This document shows positions 11,621 to 23,402 of a stretch of DNA of 64,000 nucleotides, in pieces. The stretch's first letter is position 1; each line of letters starts with the position of its first letter. The notes under the pieces are model-generated. The model had not been told where the DNA came from. It did no database searches and saw only the letters and a program-made list of their open reading frames with translations. Both the position numbers and the translations under genes were made by a program. The DNA is from Azolla caroliniana (lineage: Eukaryota > Plantae > Polypodiophyta): the NCBI GenBank assembly GCA_043228905.1, contig JBHGNT010000006.1:19530001-19594000 (forward strand), in the 5' to 3' direction.

Positions 11621-14600
11621 ATCGTGGATTCATTTTTTTGTGATCCAGTGGGTTCGAATCGACTTCATGTCCATGCCCACGAGCATGCCATGTGTTAACA
11701 ACATGATCATTCCTAGCATTATTTATTAAATAATATGGTAGTTTCTAGCATTGAATTACATATTCAAGTGGTTACATTGTTTCAAACATTGGCGGTTACA
11801 CCATTTCAGATATTGTCGATTCATCTTGTAGAACCAATATATATAAGAATAAATATACAGGGAGTAAGAATGAGAGAAGTATCAATATACATACATATAT
11901 TTGGATAACAAATTGTTTCTAACTCTATGAGCTCGACATTGTGAGGAATATCATGGCCGGTTTTCTTACAGAGGAAACGATTGCATGAACCTATAAGTGA
12001 CAAAAACATGTAAGGATTTTAAGAATCGAACACTTGAGCACATTGTCTTGAATGAAGGATTACCTAGAGAGTTGAGCCTAAAACAAAGGAGTTCCATGGG
12101 GCAATATGAGCACTTTGAGCAAATGCCGTTGAAGATTTCTTACACAATCTTGAAATCAATATAATTTCATTTTTATTATTATGAGAACACTATGTTTAAA
12201 TACAAATAATAGCTCTAAATTATAAATTTTATAACAAGAACAAACAATATTTAATTTTATCCCAATTGAGTGCTTTAAAAGCTAGAATATTTTCATTGAT
12301 TTTTAATTAGCACTATAGGTTTTTATTTCAATTCACAAAATTGGATGTTCAACACTAGATCATGTAAAGTTATGCAACAAGTGAAAAGAAATCACTACAA
12401 ATTCATTTTCGTTATGAAAAAAGCCTTGTTGTGTAAACTTAGGGTTGTGGTTCCAAGGTTCATTAGACATAGCATGGGTATAAATATATATCGATTGGCA
12501 TGGAAACTTCACTTCTTATCAACTTTCTACTTTTAGATTCTCATTGAATTTCTGTCTTTGATGTTTTCACTTTGATGATGGCAAGATGCCCACCAAATGT
12601 ACTTGATGACAACAAGATCCTTGCCAATTTTGTTTTCATTTAGAGAAGCATGATCGTTCTCTTTTGTTGCATTTTAGGCTTTTCCAAGACCTCATATTGC
12701 ATATGTGATCTTTGCCAATAACCATTTTTTAGGTTATAGAGATATTTCTTACCTTCCTCTTATAATTCCAAATGTATTCGCAATTAGAATTATAGGCTTG
12801 TTATCCTCTTCTTATCAATGTTAGAAGAAAAACAATATGAATTCATTATTGAAAGAATTTTTTGTACAAGTAAAATTGTAATTCAATTAACTTCTTGGAT
12901 GGTTTGTTTGTGCATGATATATGTATGCATACTATCTTGCATTGGTCGGAATAAATCTTGAAAAACAATTGAGAGAAATTATTTGTCAATTGGGTTATAG
13001 CTAAACATTTGAATTGATGACCAATGGGTTGGTGGTCTAGTGGTTGCCTTTGTCATGAAGTTTGGGAATAAAGGTTTGATATAGAGTGGAAAGAAGCGTA
13101 GAGGTGTCATGTCACCGTTGTCACGTAAGAATGATATGTAGATTTAGTGCATAGGGAACCGGTTTGTTGGAACAAAAAGTTAGTCTACATGATCAAAGAT
13201 GGGAAAGTTCTTGAGGATCGATACGCATGACCCCATAATTTCTAGCACTTGTTATATTTTTAAAAGTTGTACTACTTTGGGATTATGATATAAAATCGAT
13301 GTGTCAACAACTTGCAAAGAGATTTCTCTTCTATGTCTTATAATATAGAATGATTTGAGAAAACAAATACAACTAATCTCTCATTATCAAACAAACAGTG
13401 GTACACGAATGCATGATACAAAAATGTCAAGAACTTAAAATTAGTAGTGACCCAAGAAAATTGTATAACTACAATTTCAAATTAGACACACCAAATGGAA
13501 TACAAGGTCAAGACTTCATGGCATAATAATACTTTCAAATGTCACGTGGACCTTGCTTTTCCTAACCTAATTGAGGAAGACGATTTAAAAACTATCAAAA
13601 CTTAACTATAAAACCATTTTCAAGTTTATTAGTGAAAAACTTTACTTCTGAATACACAATATGTAATCTCCACCCATTGACAACGATTGAAAACGCTTTA
13701 GGTGGTAGTTTTTTTATGATTATAAATTATAATTGCTTTTTATCTACATTTAACATAAAATGACATTATGAATATGTTTCTTTCTTAAAACAAGCAGCCA
13801 CACCCTTTTCCATCATCTCAATTTAACCAAAAGAAAAGTAGATGAAATCAACCAAGAATGGTATTAGATAAGGTTTATGATGAACGCCAAGACAAAAACA
13901 AAAGCTTAACGGTTCATTTTTGCGACAAATGCATAAAACTTTTATGAGTACACACAAAAATTGCATCATGTCAAATAAAAGCTCTAGTACATTCAATGGA
14001 GACTGGCATCATTTTCATTTAACCACACCAACATTCCTCCTTTGTGAATATGTAATTCTTTCATCGTTGAGCATGAATTGATTACAACGTTAGGTGCTTT
14101 TGAAGCGTTGTATCAAGCCCAATTTTAAAAGGCATATAAGACCAAGGTAGTTTTATATCTAGCAATGTACAATACATAGGCACAAATGCTACTTGGATGA
14201 ATTTGTAAAGAGAACAAAATTTGACAACAATATTTAAAGCTTCGACATAATCCTAATAAAGTAGTGGTATTTACTCACTATTTCATGTCAATTCATGAGC
14301 AAAAATGAAACTCGGCCATTAGTGAAGACATGATTTCTTTAACAATTTGTTATTGTTAGAAACCGATAGAAACACATGTCGTCAAATGGGACTTATGTGG
14401 ATGTTATCATGTTATAGTTAAGAAATATATATTTCTTATTTTGATGATAGATAAACAAGATATTATGCACAAAGCACAAGATGGTGCATTGCCTCACATT
14501 TTGCGACCACACAATGCCTTAAATCTTATATAGAGAAAAATATTCAGAAGGCCGCCGAAAATAGCATTAGCGACATAGGAGAATCTCTAAAATAGCCTTC

Positions 14601-15096
14601 AAGTTTTCAATATTTCCCAAATGCATTTTGAGAGTTTCCCAAATGCATTTCTCCGGCATTTTCCCAAATGCCCTTTGTGATTCTTTTGCTAATATTCCCT
14701 TAGATGCATGCTCTTTGTCAACCTTGGAAAGAGCAATTACATGTGCTATTATTGGGGGAATTACATGGTCGACTGCCCCCCCCCCTTTTTGTGTCATGCG
14801 TGATGGAAATGACAAAGGATTCCAAGGTCATTCATTCAGGGGGGGGAATGCGGAGGAGGTATTCCGGAGATATTCTCTGTGAAACCTCAATCACTATTTT
14901 TCACCCCCCCATAAACAATGGGCATCATCAACCGACATTAGCTATTAGGTGGGGCTAATCCTAATAATAACTGATAGGCAAAGGAAGTGGTTTTGAGTCA
15001 CATCATGCGGGTTTTGGGGAATGATAAAAAGACCTGAGTGACCTGGGGTGGGGCGCATGAAAACGTTGGACACTGATCGATCGATCAACCCAAGAT

Positions 15097-15165
15097 GGAT
15101 GTAGCTCAATTGGAAAGGTTGCTTAATGGAGACCAGGTGGTCATGGGTTCAACCCCTACATTCCA
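15097..15165 (+). other. tRNA-derived pseudo-tRNA or SINE-head-like sequence
   Basis: A-box TAGCTCAATTGG, B-box GGTTCAACCC, closing stem GGATGTA/TACATTCC. No convincing anticodon arm. Confidence 0.5.
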
Positions 15166-15199
15166 CAGTGGCATCTAGTGAATTAAGAGAGAAGTGAGA

Positions 15200-15272
15200 A
15201 ATTTGGGTTTCGAACCCAAGACGCAACAGTGCTTAGTTGTTAGTGTTAACAACTTACCATTAGGCAAAGCTA
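15200..15272 (-). other. Second tRNA-derived sequence, convergent with the first
   Basis: Reverse complement reads GCCTAATGGTAAG ... TTGGGTTCGAAACCCAA (A-box-like plus T-arm/B-box). Confidence 0.45.
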
Positions 15273-15297
15273 ATTACAAGAAGAAAAAAAGATTCTT

Positions 15298-15382
15298 CAT
15301 TGAGAGACAAATATATAAATTTTATAAATTATAATGATATCATTGAGAGACAAATATATAAATTTATAAATTATAATGATAT
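15298..15382. repeat. ~43-bp direct tandem duplication
   Basis: CATTGAGAGACAAATATATAAATTT(T)ATAAATTATAATGATAT occurs twice. Confidence 0.85.
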
Positions 15383-18300
15383 TGTGAAATGCTCTCAAGA
15401 ATAGCTTCCCTTTCCATTACGTTCCAAGTTACATTTTATAGACTGCTCTTAGTGTGGAGGGTGTTCTCCCGCCCCAATTAGCTCTTCTAATTATGGGGGC
15501 TTGGTAGGGCCCTAGTTTGGGTGTGGTCCATGTGACCGCCACAGTTCCCCCTTGTAAAAAAAAGTTATTGTGCGGTCGGATTGCGACGGGGCATGGACGA
15601 CAGTTCTAGGCGGGGGGATGACATAGGCGTGGGCATGGGCGTGGGCGGGGGCGATGGTAGCTGATGGAAGGGCTTCATGCGAGACTGGTGGGCAAAGGTA
15701 GAGCAGTTGTTGGAGGTGCGATGGAGCAAATATGTAGTGTTGCGTATCTGCTTTTGAACTTCGAAGGAACCGATCCATCGGTGCATGAGCGACTCGCTGA
15801 GGCCGTGACGACGGATGGGGAAATAGACGAGGACTTCGTCGTTGACATGGTATTGATGGTCGGCGTAGCCTGCATCGTGTTGTCGTTTTTGGCGTAGTTG
15901 TGCTTGGTGCAGGTTGCTCGTGATGGCTTTGCGGAGGAGGGGCTAGAGTTATTGCAGGTGGGACCACCAGGACACTGCGTCAGAGTGGAGTCGTGTGATT
16001 GGTTGCGAGACTGCCACTTCTGGGGGTAAGCACGGGTATGTTCCGTAAAGGGCCCGAAATGGGCTAATGCGGGTGGAGGCTTGCACAATTGTGTTGTAGG
16101 CATGCGTAACGAAGGGCAAGATCCGATCCCAGGTCGAGTGCATCGGATCTATGTAGGCCGAGATTTGTTGTTTTAAGGTTCAATTGAGGCGCTCCGTCAA
16201 TCCATTCGTTTGCGGATGGTAGGGTGACGTGAATAATTGTTGGATTCCTAATTGTGTAGAAATGAGGCGTAGGAGCTCGCTGTTGAACTAGGGTCCTTGA
16301 TCGGACAAGATTTGGAGTGGGCAACCATGGGGGAAGATGATTTTCTCCAATAGTTTGGAGGCAATGGTCATAGCCTTCGCATGTGAGATAGCGGTCATCT
16401 CAGCCCAACGCATCAAGTACTCGGTTATGACGAGGATGAATTTGTTCCCTTCTTGTGACTCGGGAAAGGGGCCCATAATGTCCCATCCGACGATTTCAAA
16501 TGGAGCTTGAACTTGTATCGGATGTAAGAGTCCTTGAGCCACTTGAGGTGATTTGATGGCCTGACATAAGTTGCATGCTTTGATGTAGGAGGCGACCTCA
16601 TGGTGTAGCCCTGGCCAATAGAATTTGCAACGGATTTTGTCTAACACCTTATGAAAACCCAAGTGGTCGGACAACGGGGGATCGTGGAAGAAACGAAGGT
16701 AAGATAGGCGCAGTTGCTTAGGCACGTAGACTCAGGGTTCCTTGCCTACTTGGCAAAAAAGAAGGACATTATCATGGATCATGAATTGCTTGGTGAGGGA
16801 TGATGTGGGCTCAACTCGTAGGCAGTGGCAGATGTCTTGGATTTTTTTGTCATGTTGTTGCATGTTGGCCATTCGGGACGAGGATATGGGGAAATCGATT
16901 GTGTCAGAGGCGATCTGGTTCACCTAAAAGGATATGCGGGATAATCCATCGGCGACGATGTTCTGGGACCACGGCGATAGCGCAGAGTGAATGTGTAATC
17001 CTGAAGCGCCAAAGCCCAATGGAGTAAGCGACCGGGTGGATGAACCTTCTTTATGAGGGAGAGCAATGGCTGATGGTCGGTTTCGATTGATGTATTTGAT
17101 CCGTGTAGGTATGGGTGGAAACGATGGAATGCCCAGACGATGGCGAGCAACTCTTTTTCGGTTGTCAAGTAATTTTGTTCGGCTGCGGGCGATTGTGGTA
17201 CAAATGGGTGAAGTTGATGACGTGGAGGCATGGAAATGTGGGGTCGGCTCGATCGTGGTATAAACGGGAGAAGTTGATGACGTGGAAGCGTGGACGTGTG
17301 GGGGCGGCTCGATCGTGGGAGAAACAAGAGAAGTTGATGACGTGGAGGCGTGGAGGCGTGGAGGCGTGGACGTGCGGGGGCGGCTCTCCCTACGGCACCC
17401 CGCGCATTAGTTTTCCGGGAGCTCAGACAGGGAGGCAACGTTGGTTAATTGGACGTTCTACTTCTATTGGTGATTTTGCCACTCTCGGCAGTGACGCCGA
17501 ATGTGGCCATAGTTGTTGCAGTAGAAACATTTGGGGCGTCCCTGGCTGTCTCGTTCAGGCAATGCACGCTTGGTGCGTAATTGCGCGTTCTGGACGTCGA
17601 TGTCCATGGGAGTGGCGGCTGGCATAGTGTTTGTATGATCGTGACTGAGATTACCTGGTGTGTGCATGTCGTGCGCGTCTGCAACTTCGATGCGTTGGGC
17701 GGTGAGGATGGCTTCGTGTAGTGTCATCAGGCCTTGATCGGGTACACGGCGGCGGAGGTCATGTCGGATACGCAGCCAGAAGAAAAACAACTTTATCTCT
17801 TCCGACATGTTGGCGTCAGCCCAATGTAGGATCTGCACAAACCAAACCACGAACTGGATGATGGGTTTGCGTGGCTGTTGGGCAATTGACTCAAGTTGTT
17901 GTAGGGCCGTCTGGTGGGAGTCTTGATGAGCAAAATTCCAAATCATGGCTGCCCGTAACAAATCCCAGTCGTTGCATGTCTCTTCGGGTTGTTGGACGAG
18001 CCATGTTGCTGCAATATTCTTGAGGAGTGTCTTCATTTCCATTGCCTTCCTGGGGTGTGGCCACTGGTGGTAACTGGCCACCATTTCGAAATGATCCAAC
18101 CAAGAGAGGACGTCTTCTGATGGTAGGGCGGAGAATGGTTTTGGGCGAACGCGAGGGTCCAGGAGATTCTGTTGTGGCTCGGATCGTGTTGAAAGAAATG
18201 ACAACATGGCTTGGTTAGTATGGTTAACTTGTAAAATAATGTTGGACAGGGCTTGAAGCAGTTTGTCAATTGGTGATGTGGGCTGATGTTCTTGAATTTG

Positions 18301-18581
18301 TTGTTGCAGGAATTCCGGATTCATTGAGTTTGCATTACCGCCGTTGTTGTCGTGTTGCATCGTGGCGTGTGTTGTTGGGGTCGTGAGTTGAGGTTGCTTT
18401 GCCCATCTTCTCCACCAAGATGTGAAATGCTCTCAAGAATAGCCTCACTTTCCATTATGTTCCAAGTTACATTTTATAGACTGCTCTTAGCGTGGAGGGT
18501 GTTCTCCCGCTCCAATTAGCTCTTCTAATTATGGGGGCTTGGTAGGGGCCTAATTTGGGTGTGGTCCATGTGACCGCCACA
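15383..18581 (-). mobile_element. Ty3/gypsy element with 161-bp LTRs (15383-15543, 18421-18581); gag, RNase H and integrase present, protease and RT missing
   Basis: LTRs differ at about 7 positions; TSD ATAT; PBS TGGTGGAGAAGATGGGC; PPT AAGGGGGAAC. Gag with CFYCNNYGHIRRHC (17464-18360), RNase H NYLTTEKELLAIVWA, integrase H-H-C-C and WDIMGPFP. Confidence 0.92.
17464..18360 (-). CDS. Retrotransposon Gag with CCHC zinc knuckle
   Basis: 298-aa ORF: PKPF...EDVLSWLDHFE and CX2CX4HX4C. Confidence 0.75.
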   Translation of the reverse strand: MQHDNNGGNANSMNPEFLQQQIQEHQPTSPIDKLLQALSNIILQVNHTNQAMLSFLSTRSEPQQNLLDPRVRPKPFSALPSEDVLSWLDHFEMVASYHQWPHPRKAMEMKTLLKNIAATWLVQQPEETCNDWDLLRAAMIWNFAHQDSHQTALQQLESIAQQPRKPIIQFVVWFVQILHWADANMSEEIKLFFFWLRIRHDLRRRVPDQGLMTLHEAILTAQRIEVADAHDMHTPGNLSHDHTNTMPAATPMDIDVQNAQLRTKRALPERDSQGRPKCFYCNNYGHIRRHCREWQNHQ

Positions 18582-18645
18582 ATATGATGATGGAATTAAC
18601 TCACAAAAAAGGAGGCCTGCTTGGAGTCCTCCTTGGAGTTGCTAC

Positions 18646-19070
18646 ATAAAAAAACTAAACAAACAAATGAATGAATGAATTGATAGATAAAGAAAGTAAA
18701 TGGCCTAAATAAAAGAAATAAAAATGAAACACAAATACAAATACAAAAACAAAAAACAAAAATAAAAAAAAAGATTGACTGATAAATTAGATGTATAAAT
18801 AAGTAAATAAATAACATAAAAAATATATATAAAAATAGATAGAATGTACACTATGTATATAAATATGTAAATAATTGAATAAATGAATAATTGAACGAAT
18901 AAATAAATGAATAATTGAATACATAAATAAATGAATAATTGAATAAATAAATGAATGAATGAATGAATAAAGAAAGAAAGAAAGAAAGAAAGAAAGAAAT
19001 GAATGAAGAAAGAAATGAATAATTTTTTTAATAGATAAATACAAAAATTATAAATAAATAAATAAAAGCT
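18646..19070. repeat. A-rich low-complexity / microsatellite tract (AAAT, GAAT, GAAA)
   Basis: Read directly from the sequence. Confidence 0.8.
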
Positions 19071-20223
19071 TCACGTCCAAACTACGTAAAAATGATAACA
19101 CTCTCAATCTCTCTCTCTCTCTCTCTGTGTGTCTGACAGTCTCTGAGTCATGACTGTCTTCACATCTGTCTTTCCTTTCCAATCTCCTCTGTGCCACACT
19201 CAGGCTTTCGATTTCTCTCTCTCCCCTCCTCTGTTGTTAGTTCAAGGCTGTTTGGGCTGTGAAGAAGATTTACAGTTCACTGTATTTGGGTGTTGTCATG
19301 TGTGTCCGATCCCATCCCATCCGATCCGATCCAATCGGACATGGTGAGCAATGTTTCCACCTCACTCCATGATGATCTCCTTGACATGCATGGTAAGAAG
19401 CTATGCAAGAAATCAGTTTTGTCAATGTGTGATTGCCATTGCATCCTGCATGCTAAAACATAAGGTTTGAAGATCGGCCAACATTCTGGCCAAACTGTCA
19501 GTGGGTCAGCATTATCGTGAGTTCATCAGTTCGATACAAATGCTGCATTTAGTTTTAAGGGAACTGATTACATGGTGCAACAAAGACTTTTGAAAATTGT
19601 AAAGATTTGAACACATGGCCTTATGTTGATTTCCTAATACCTTACTACCAAAGTAAGCCCATTCTGATAGGAAAGAGAAGAAGAAGAAGAAGAAGAAGAA
19701 GAAGAAGAGAGGCATCCAATATTCATTTCATTCCAGCCAAATGACAGAAAAAGAAGTTTTCATTAATAATAACTTCATGGAGAAAGAGTTTTGTTTCCTT
19801 TGGTTTTTGTGAAATTCCTTGAACATTGCTTTTGAAAACTAGTCATTTGACTAAGGTTTTTCGATGTTTTTGTCTATGCCCACTTCTGTCTTCCTATGAA
19901 GCAGTTGTTATGGACTGAGTTCATCCCCTATCCAAACTTATGTACATCTCTTAAGTGACTTTATTTGTTTTACAACCTTACTTCTCTTTTATATTAATGC
20001 ATGACAATAAATTTACCTTGAAGCACATCTAGCTCCATGACTTGAGTTTAGGGATTCAGCATTTGGAATGTGTATTGATTGACCTTACCCAAAAAAATTG
20101 CAGGGTTCCTTGGACCCAACAGGTGAAGGTCATCCTGATGGCAGAGTCATGACAAGGTATTGACAATTATACCCTGATTTCCTGGCTAGATTCAAGAAAG
20201 CCTCCTGAAGTGGGTGCATAACT

Positions 20224-23200
20224 ATGCCTTCCTCATTTCAAGAGGGTATAAAATTGTTCCTGCGAAAATCGAAGAACAATGATGCAAATTCTTCAGAGTC
20301 TTCAAGTAGATCAAGCAGATCAATAGGAGAGAGTTCATCCAGTGGGCCATCACCAAAGCGGAAGGAACATTCCTCAGTATCAGGCTTAGTTAGTGCTTTT
20401 GGGGGTTGTTTTGTCCAATCAAATAAACATGAAGACTTGGGTCTTATTTCAGGTCTGTCTGTTTCTACTTTGTGTCTTGCTATCTACATTCTAGAATGTA
20501 AAATTCCCGGAAACTCATTGAGATGATGGCTTTGTTGTATGTAATGTGAAGTAACCCAATCCTACAATGATTCTTTACATTCAATCAAAATGAAGACAAA
20601 CCAGGAGAAAGAATCTGGAGTTACAGTATTCACAATGACTGAAATACTAAGAGCTACCAATAACTTTTCCCCTTCACAAAAAATTGGTCAAGGAGGTTTT
20701 GGCACAGTCTACAAAGGGAAGCTCAGAGATGGGAGTTTGGTTGCTATAAAACGCGCAAAAAAGGTAACTAACTGAGCTTGATCTCTGCTATTATAACAAA
20801 CAAGAGAATCCCTACTTAGATTTGCTTCTTTCTTATATAGAACACACATGATCTACGGCTGTCGACTGAATTCCACAATGAAGTGGCAACTTTATCGAAC
20901 ATTGAACACTTAAATCTTGTGAAATTTATTGGCTATGCTCAAGAAGCTCCTGAACACATCCTGGTAGTAGAATATGTGGCAAATGGAAACCTTCGTGAAC
21001 ATCTTGATGGTAAATTTGCTCCCTATCTTTATTTTGAACTAAAATTCTGAACCTAAGGATACAACTGAAATACTGCTATAAGAACCCTTTTCCAGCAACC
21101 CTAGAATAGTAATGACTCATTGCAGGCTATGCGTGATGTTCAGTCTTAATATAACATTCACTCTACATGTCATTTATATGAAACATTTAGTTACTTATCA
21201 TGCTGGGATATTTTTACACATTTGTAAGGAATTTTATTACCATCTCTTACTTTATTGAAAATTTAAAACACAAAATAAATTCATTTTTCGAGACCTGTTA
21301 CCAATCAACATGCATGACATCTATAAATTTGCGCATAAAGTTTTCCAAGTAGGAGCCTTGTAAACAGTAGAAAGATGAAAACCTGCCGAATATCAATGTA
21401 TCGCCTAATCAATACTTGCAATCATTTAGGGTGCTGTAGGTTAGACTAGAAAGAGTAATGATAATCTTAAAGTTGTGGTTTCAAGTCCAAAACAATTGTT
21501 CTAACTTTATGTATCTTTCACTTTAAGATCGTATACAATAACAGCTCATTAATCCTCTTCTCCAAAATAAATTGAACTTATCCACTTATTTCCCACAACC
21601 CAAATTTGTCGTCGCAATTGATTGCATTGCTTTATAAAAGGCAATGCCAATGATGTAATATTTGGAAATTTGCATTTCCTATGTATTAAATGTAGTTGAC
21701 CCTAACACATAGGAACAGTGTTAAATCTATGGCACAGATTCCTCATTTTCTTGTTTTCAGGTCAACATGGAACAGTGCTTGATCTGGCTACAAGGTTGGA
21801 TATTGCAATAGATGTTGCGCATGCGATTACATATCTTCATCTCTATGCTGGTGAGGTTAGATAATTTGGAATGTTGATTTTTGTTTCGCCCTCTCCAATC
21901 ATCAGAATTCATGAAGTCAATGGCATTTTTTAGATCAATCCATCATACATCGGGACATCAAATCGTCAAACATTCTTTTGACGGAAAATTTCAGAGCCAA
22001 AGTGACCGATTTCGGGTTTTCTCGGTTCGGTCCCACAGATATCGACGCCACTCATGTGTCCACGCAAGTGAAAGGAACAGCGGGATACTTGGATCCGGAG
22101 TATCTAAAGACATACCAGCTAACACAGAAAAGTGATGTTTACTCTTTTGGGGTGTTGCTAGTTGAATTGTTCACAGGAAGACGGCCCATTGAGCAAAAGA
22201 GAGAGGCAAGTGAGAGGGTAACAACAAAATGGGTATGTATCTCTGCCTGTCTTAGACTATGGGGTGGTTATGCTTTAGTGACACAACACAAAGTGTAAAT
22301 CTTTGCATATGCTTTGTTTACATATTTGACATGGAGTTACAGAAATGTAAGTAAATATTACTGTTTACAAACTTAAAGGGCCAAAACACCTATCAGACAG
22401 ACCAAAGCAATTGGACAATGATGTAAATCTGAACACATTTGTATCTTCCTCATACATATGATAGATTGTGTATAAAATTCAAACAAATTAGAAGCTAATA
22501 TCGAGCTGTTTCGTCAGTTTGTTCCTTACTAGATTTTATAGATCAAAAGGATTGACATTGCCTGACCTACAACTTCCTAGCAACAGAATGTTATTAGCTC
22601 TTTCCTGGTTACACCTCTAGAGCGTGTTCTTCTGTGTGTGTTGAACTCTAGGGGGACAGATGTGGCTATGAAGAAGTTTAGTGATGGTCCCCTGACTGGC
22701 TGGCTCCTCTTCCCTGGAAGGTGTTTCCCCATTGATCCTCTAGGGTTTTGCAGGTCAAGGAATATCTTGTCCCAAGTCCATGACATTTTGCAAAGAAGTC
22801 CAAAGCCATCCCCCCAAAGAGGTGGTATCTTCCTCTGATTCATAGAATAGGGGGGGGGGGGGGGGGGGGCTATGACATAGAAAAGGATCAATCTTAGAAA
22901 TATGTTGACATGTATGGTGGATGAGTGATCTATTATTCCAATGCTACAGATGATGGATGCTTCTTCTCTATTTCAATCTCTAGAGAGCAGGGGGCCTAAT
23001 ATGGATCTGTGCAAATTATAAATGCCAATGCCATAAAACCATTATGCCATTGCTGGAATCAAACCATCAAATCCAACATGGGGAAACACACAATAATGTT
23101 TGATGATTTCGGATCGACCCTGACCCTGCTTTGATTCGTTCCGTTCCGATCCCATGCAGGCATTCCAGAGGTTCATGGAGGGGAAGGCGATCGAAGTGCT

Positions 23201-23402
23201 AGATCCGAAGCTCGAGAGGAGCTCATCGTCCGCGTACATGATGGTCGAGAAGCTCCTGGAGCTCGCGTTCCAGTGCACCGCGCCAACGAGACTCGAGAGG
23301 CCGAGCATGAAGCAAACGACCGAAGCGCTATGGAATGTCCGCAAAGATTATCAGAGCTTTTGGCAAATTCGGTCGGGCCATCATCCCACTCAAGGGACAT
23401 AA
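20224..23402 (+). CDS. CRCK: Receptor-like cytoplasmic Ser/Thr kinase, calmodulin-binding RLCK (CRCK-like), ~413 aa, 6 coding exons
   Basis: Exons 20224-20452, 20552-20763, 20841-21009, 21761-21850, 21934-22232 and 23160-23402 join in frame through GT-AG introns (1242 nt). Motifs [54 protein letters not shown] 5' UTR intron at ~19393-20103 is probable. The symbol names the family, not a specific paralog. Confidence 0.88.

Noticed and set aside
15097-15272. Functional tRNA genes
   Set aside because: A/B boxes are present but there is no convincing D or anticodon arm; reported only as tRNA-derived.
21430-21490. Possible degenerate tRNA-like remnant in CRCK intron 3
   Set aside because: Only a weak B-box-like match (GGTTTCAAGTCC); too degraded to support.
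22850-22869. Poly-G run in CRCK intron 5 and adjacent ORFs 22577-22891
   Set aside because: Simple homopolymer; the ORFs have no recognisable motifs and are not needed for the kinase frame.
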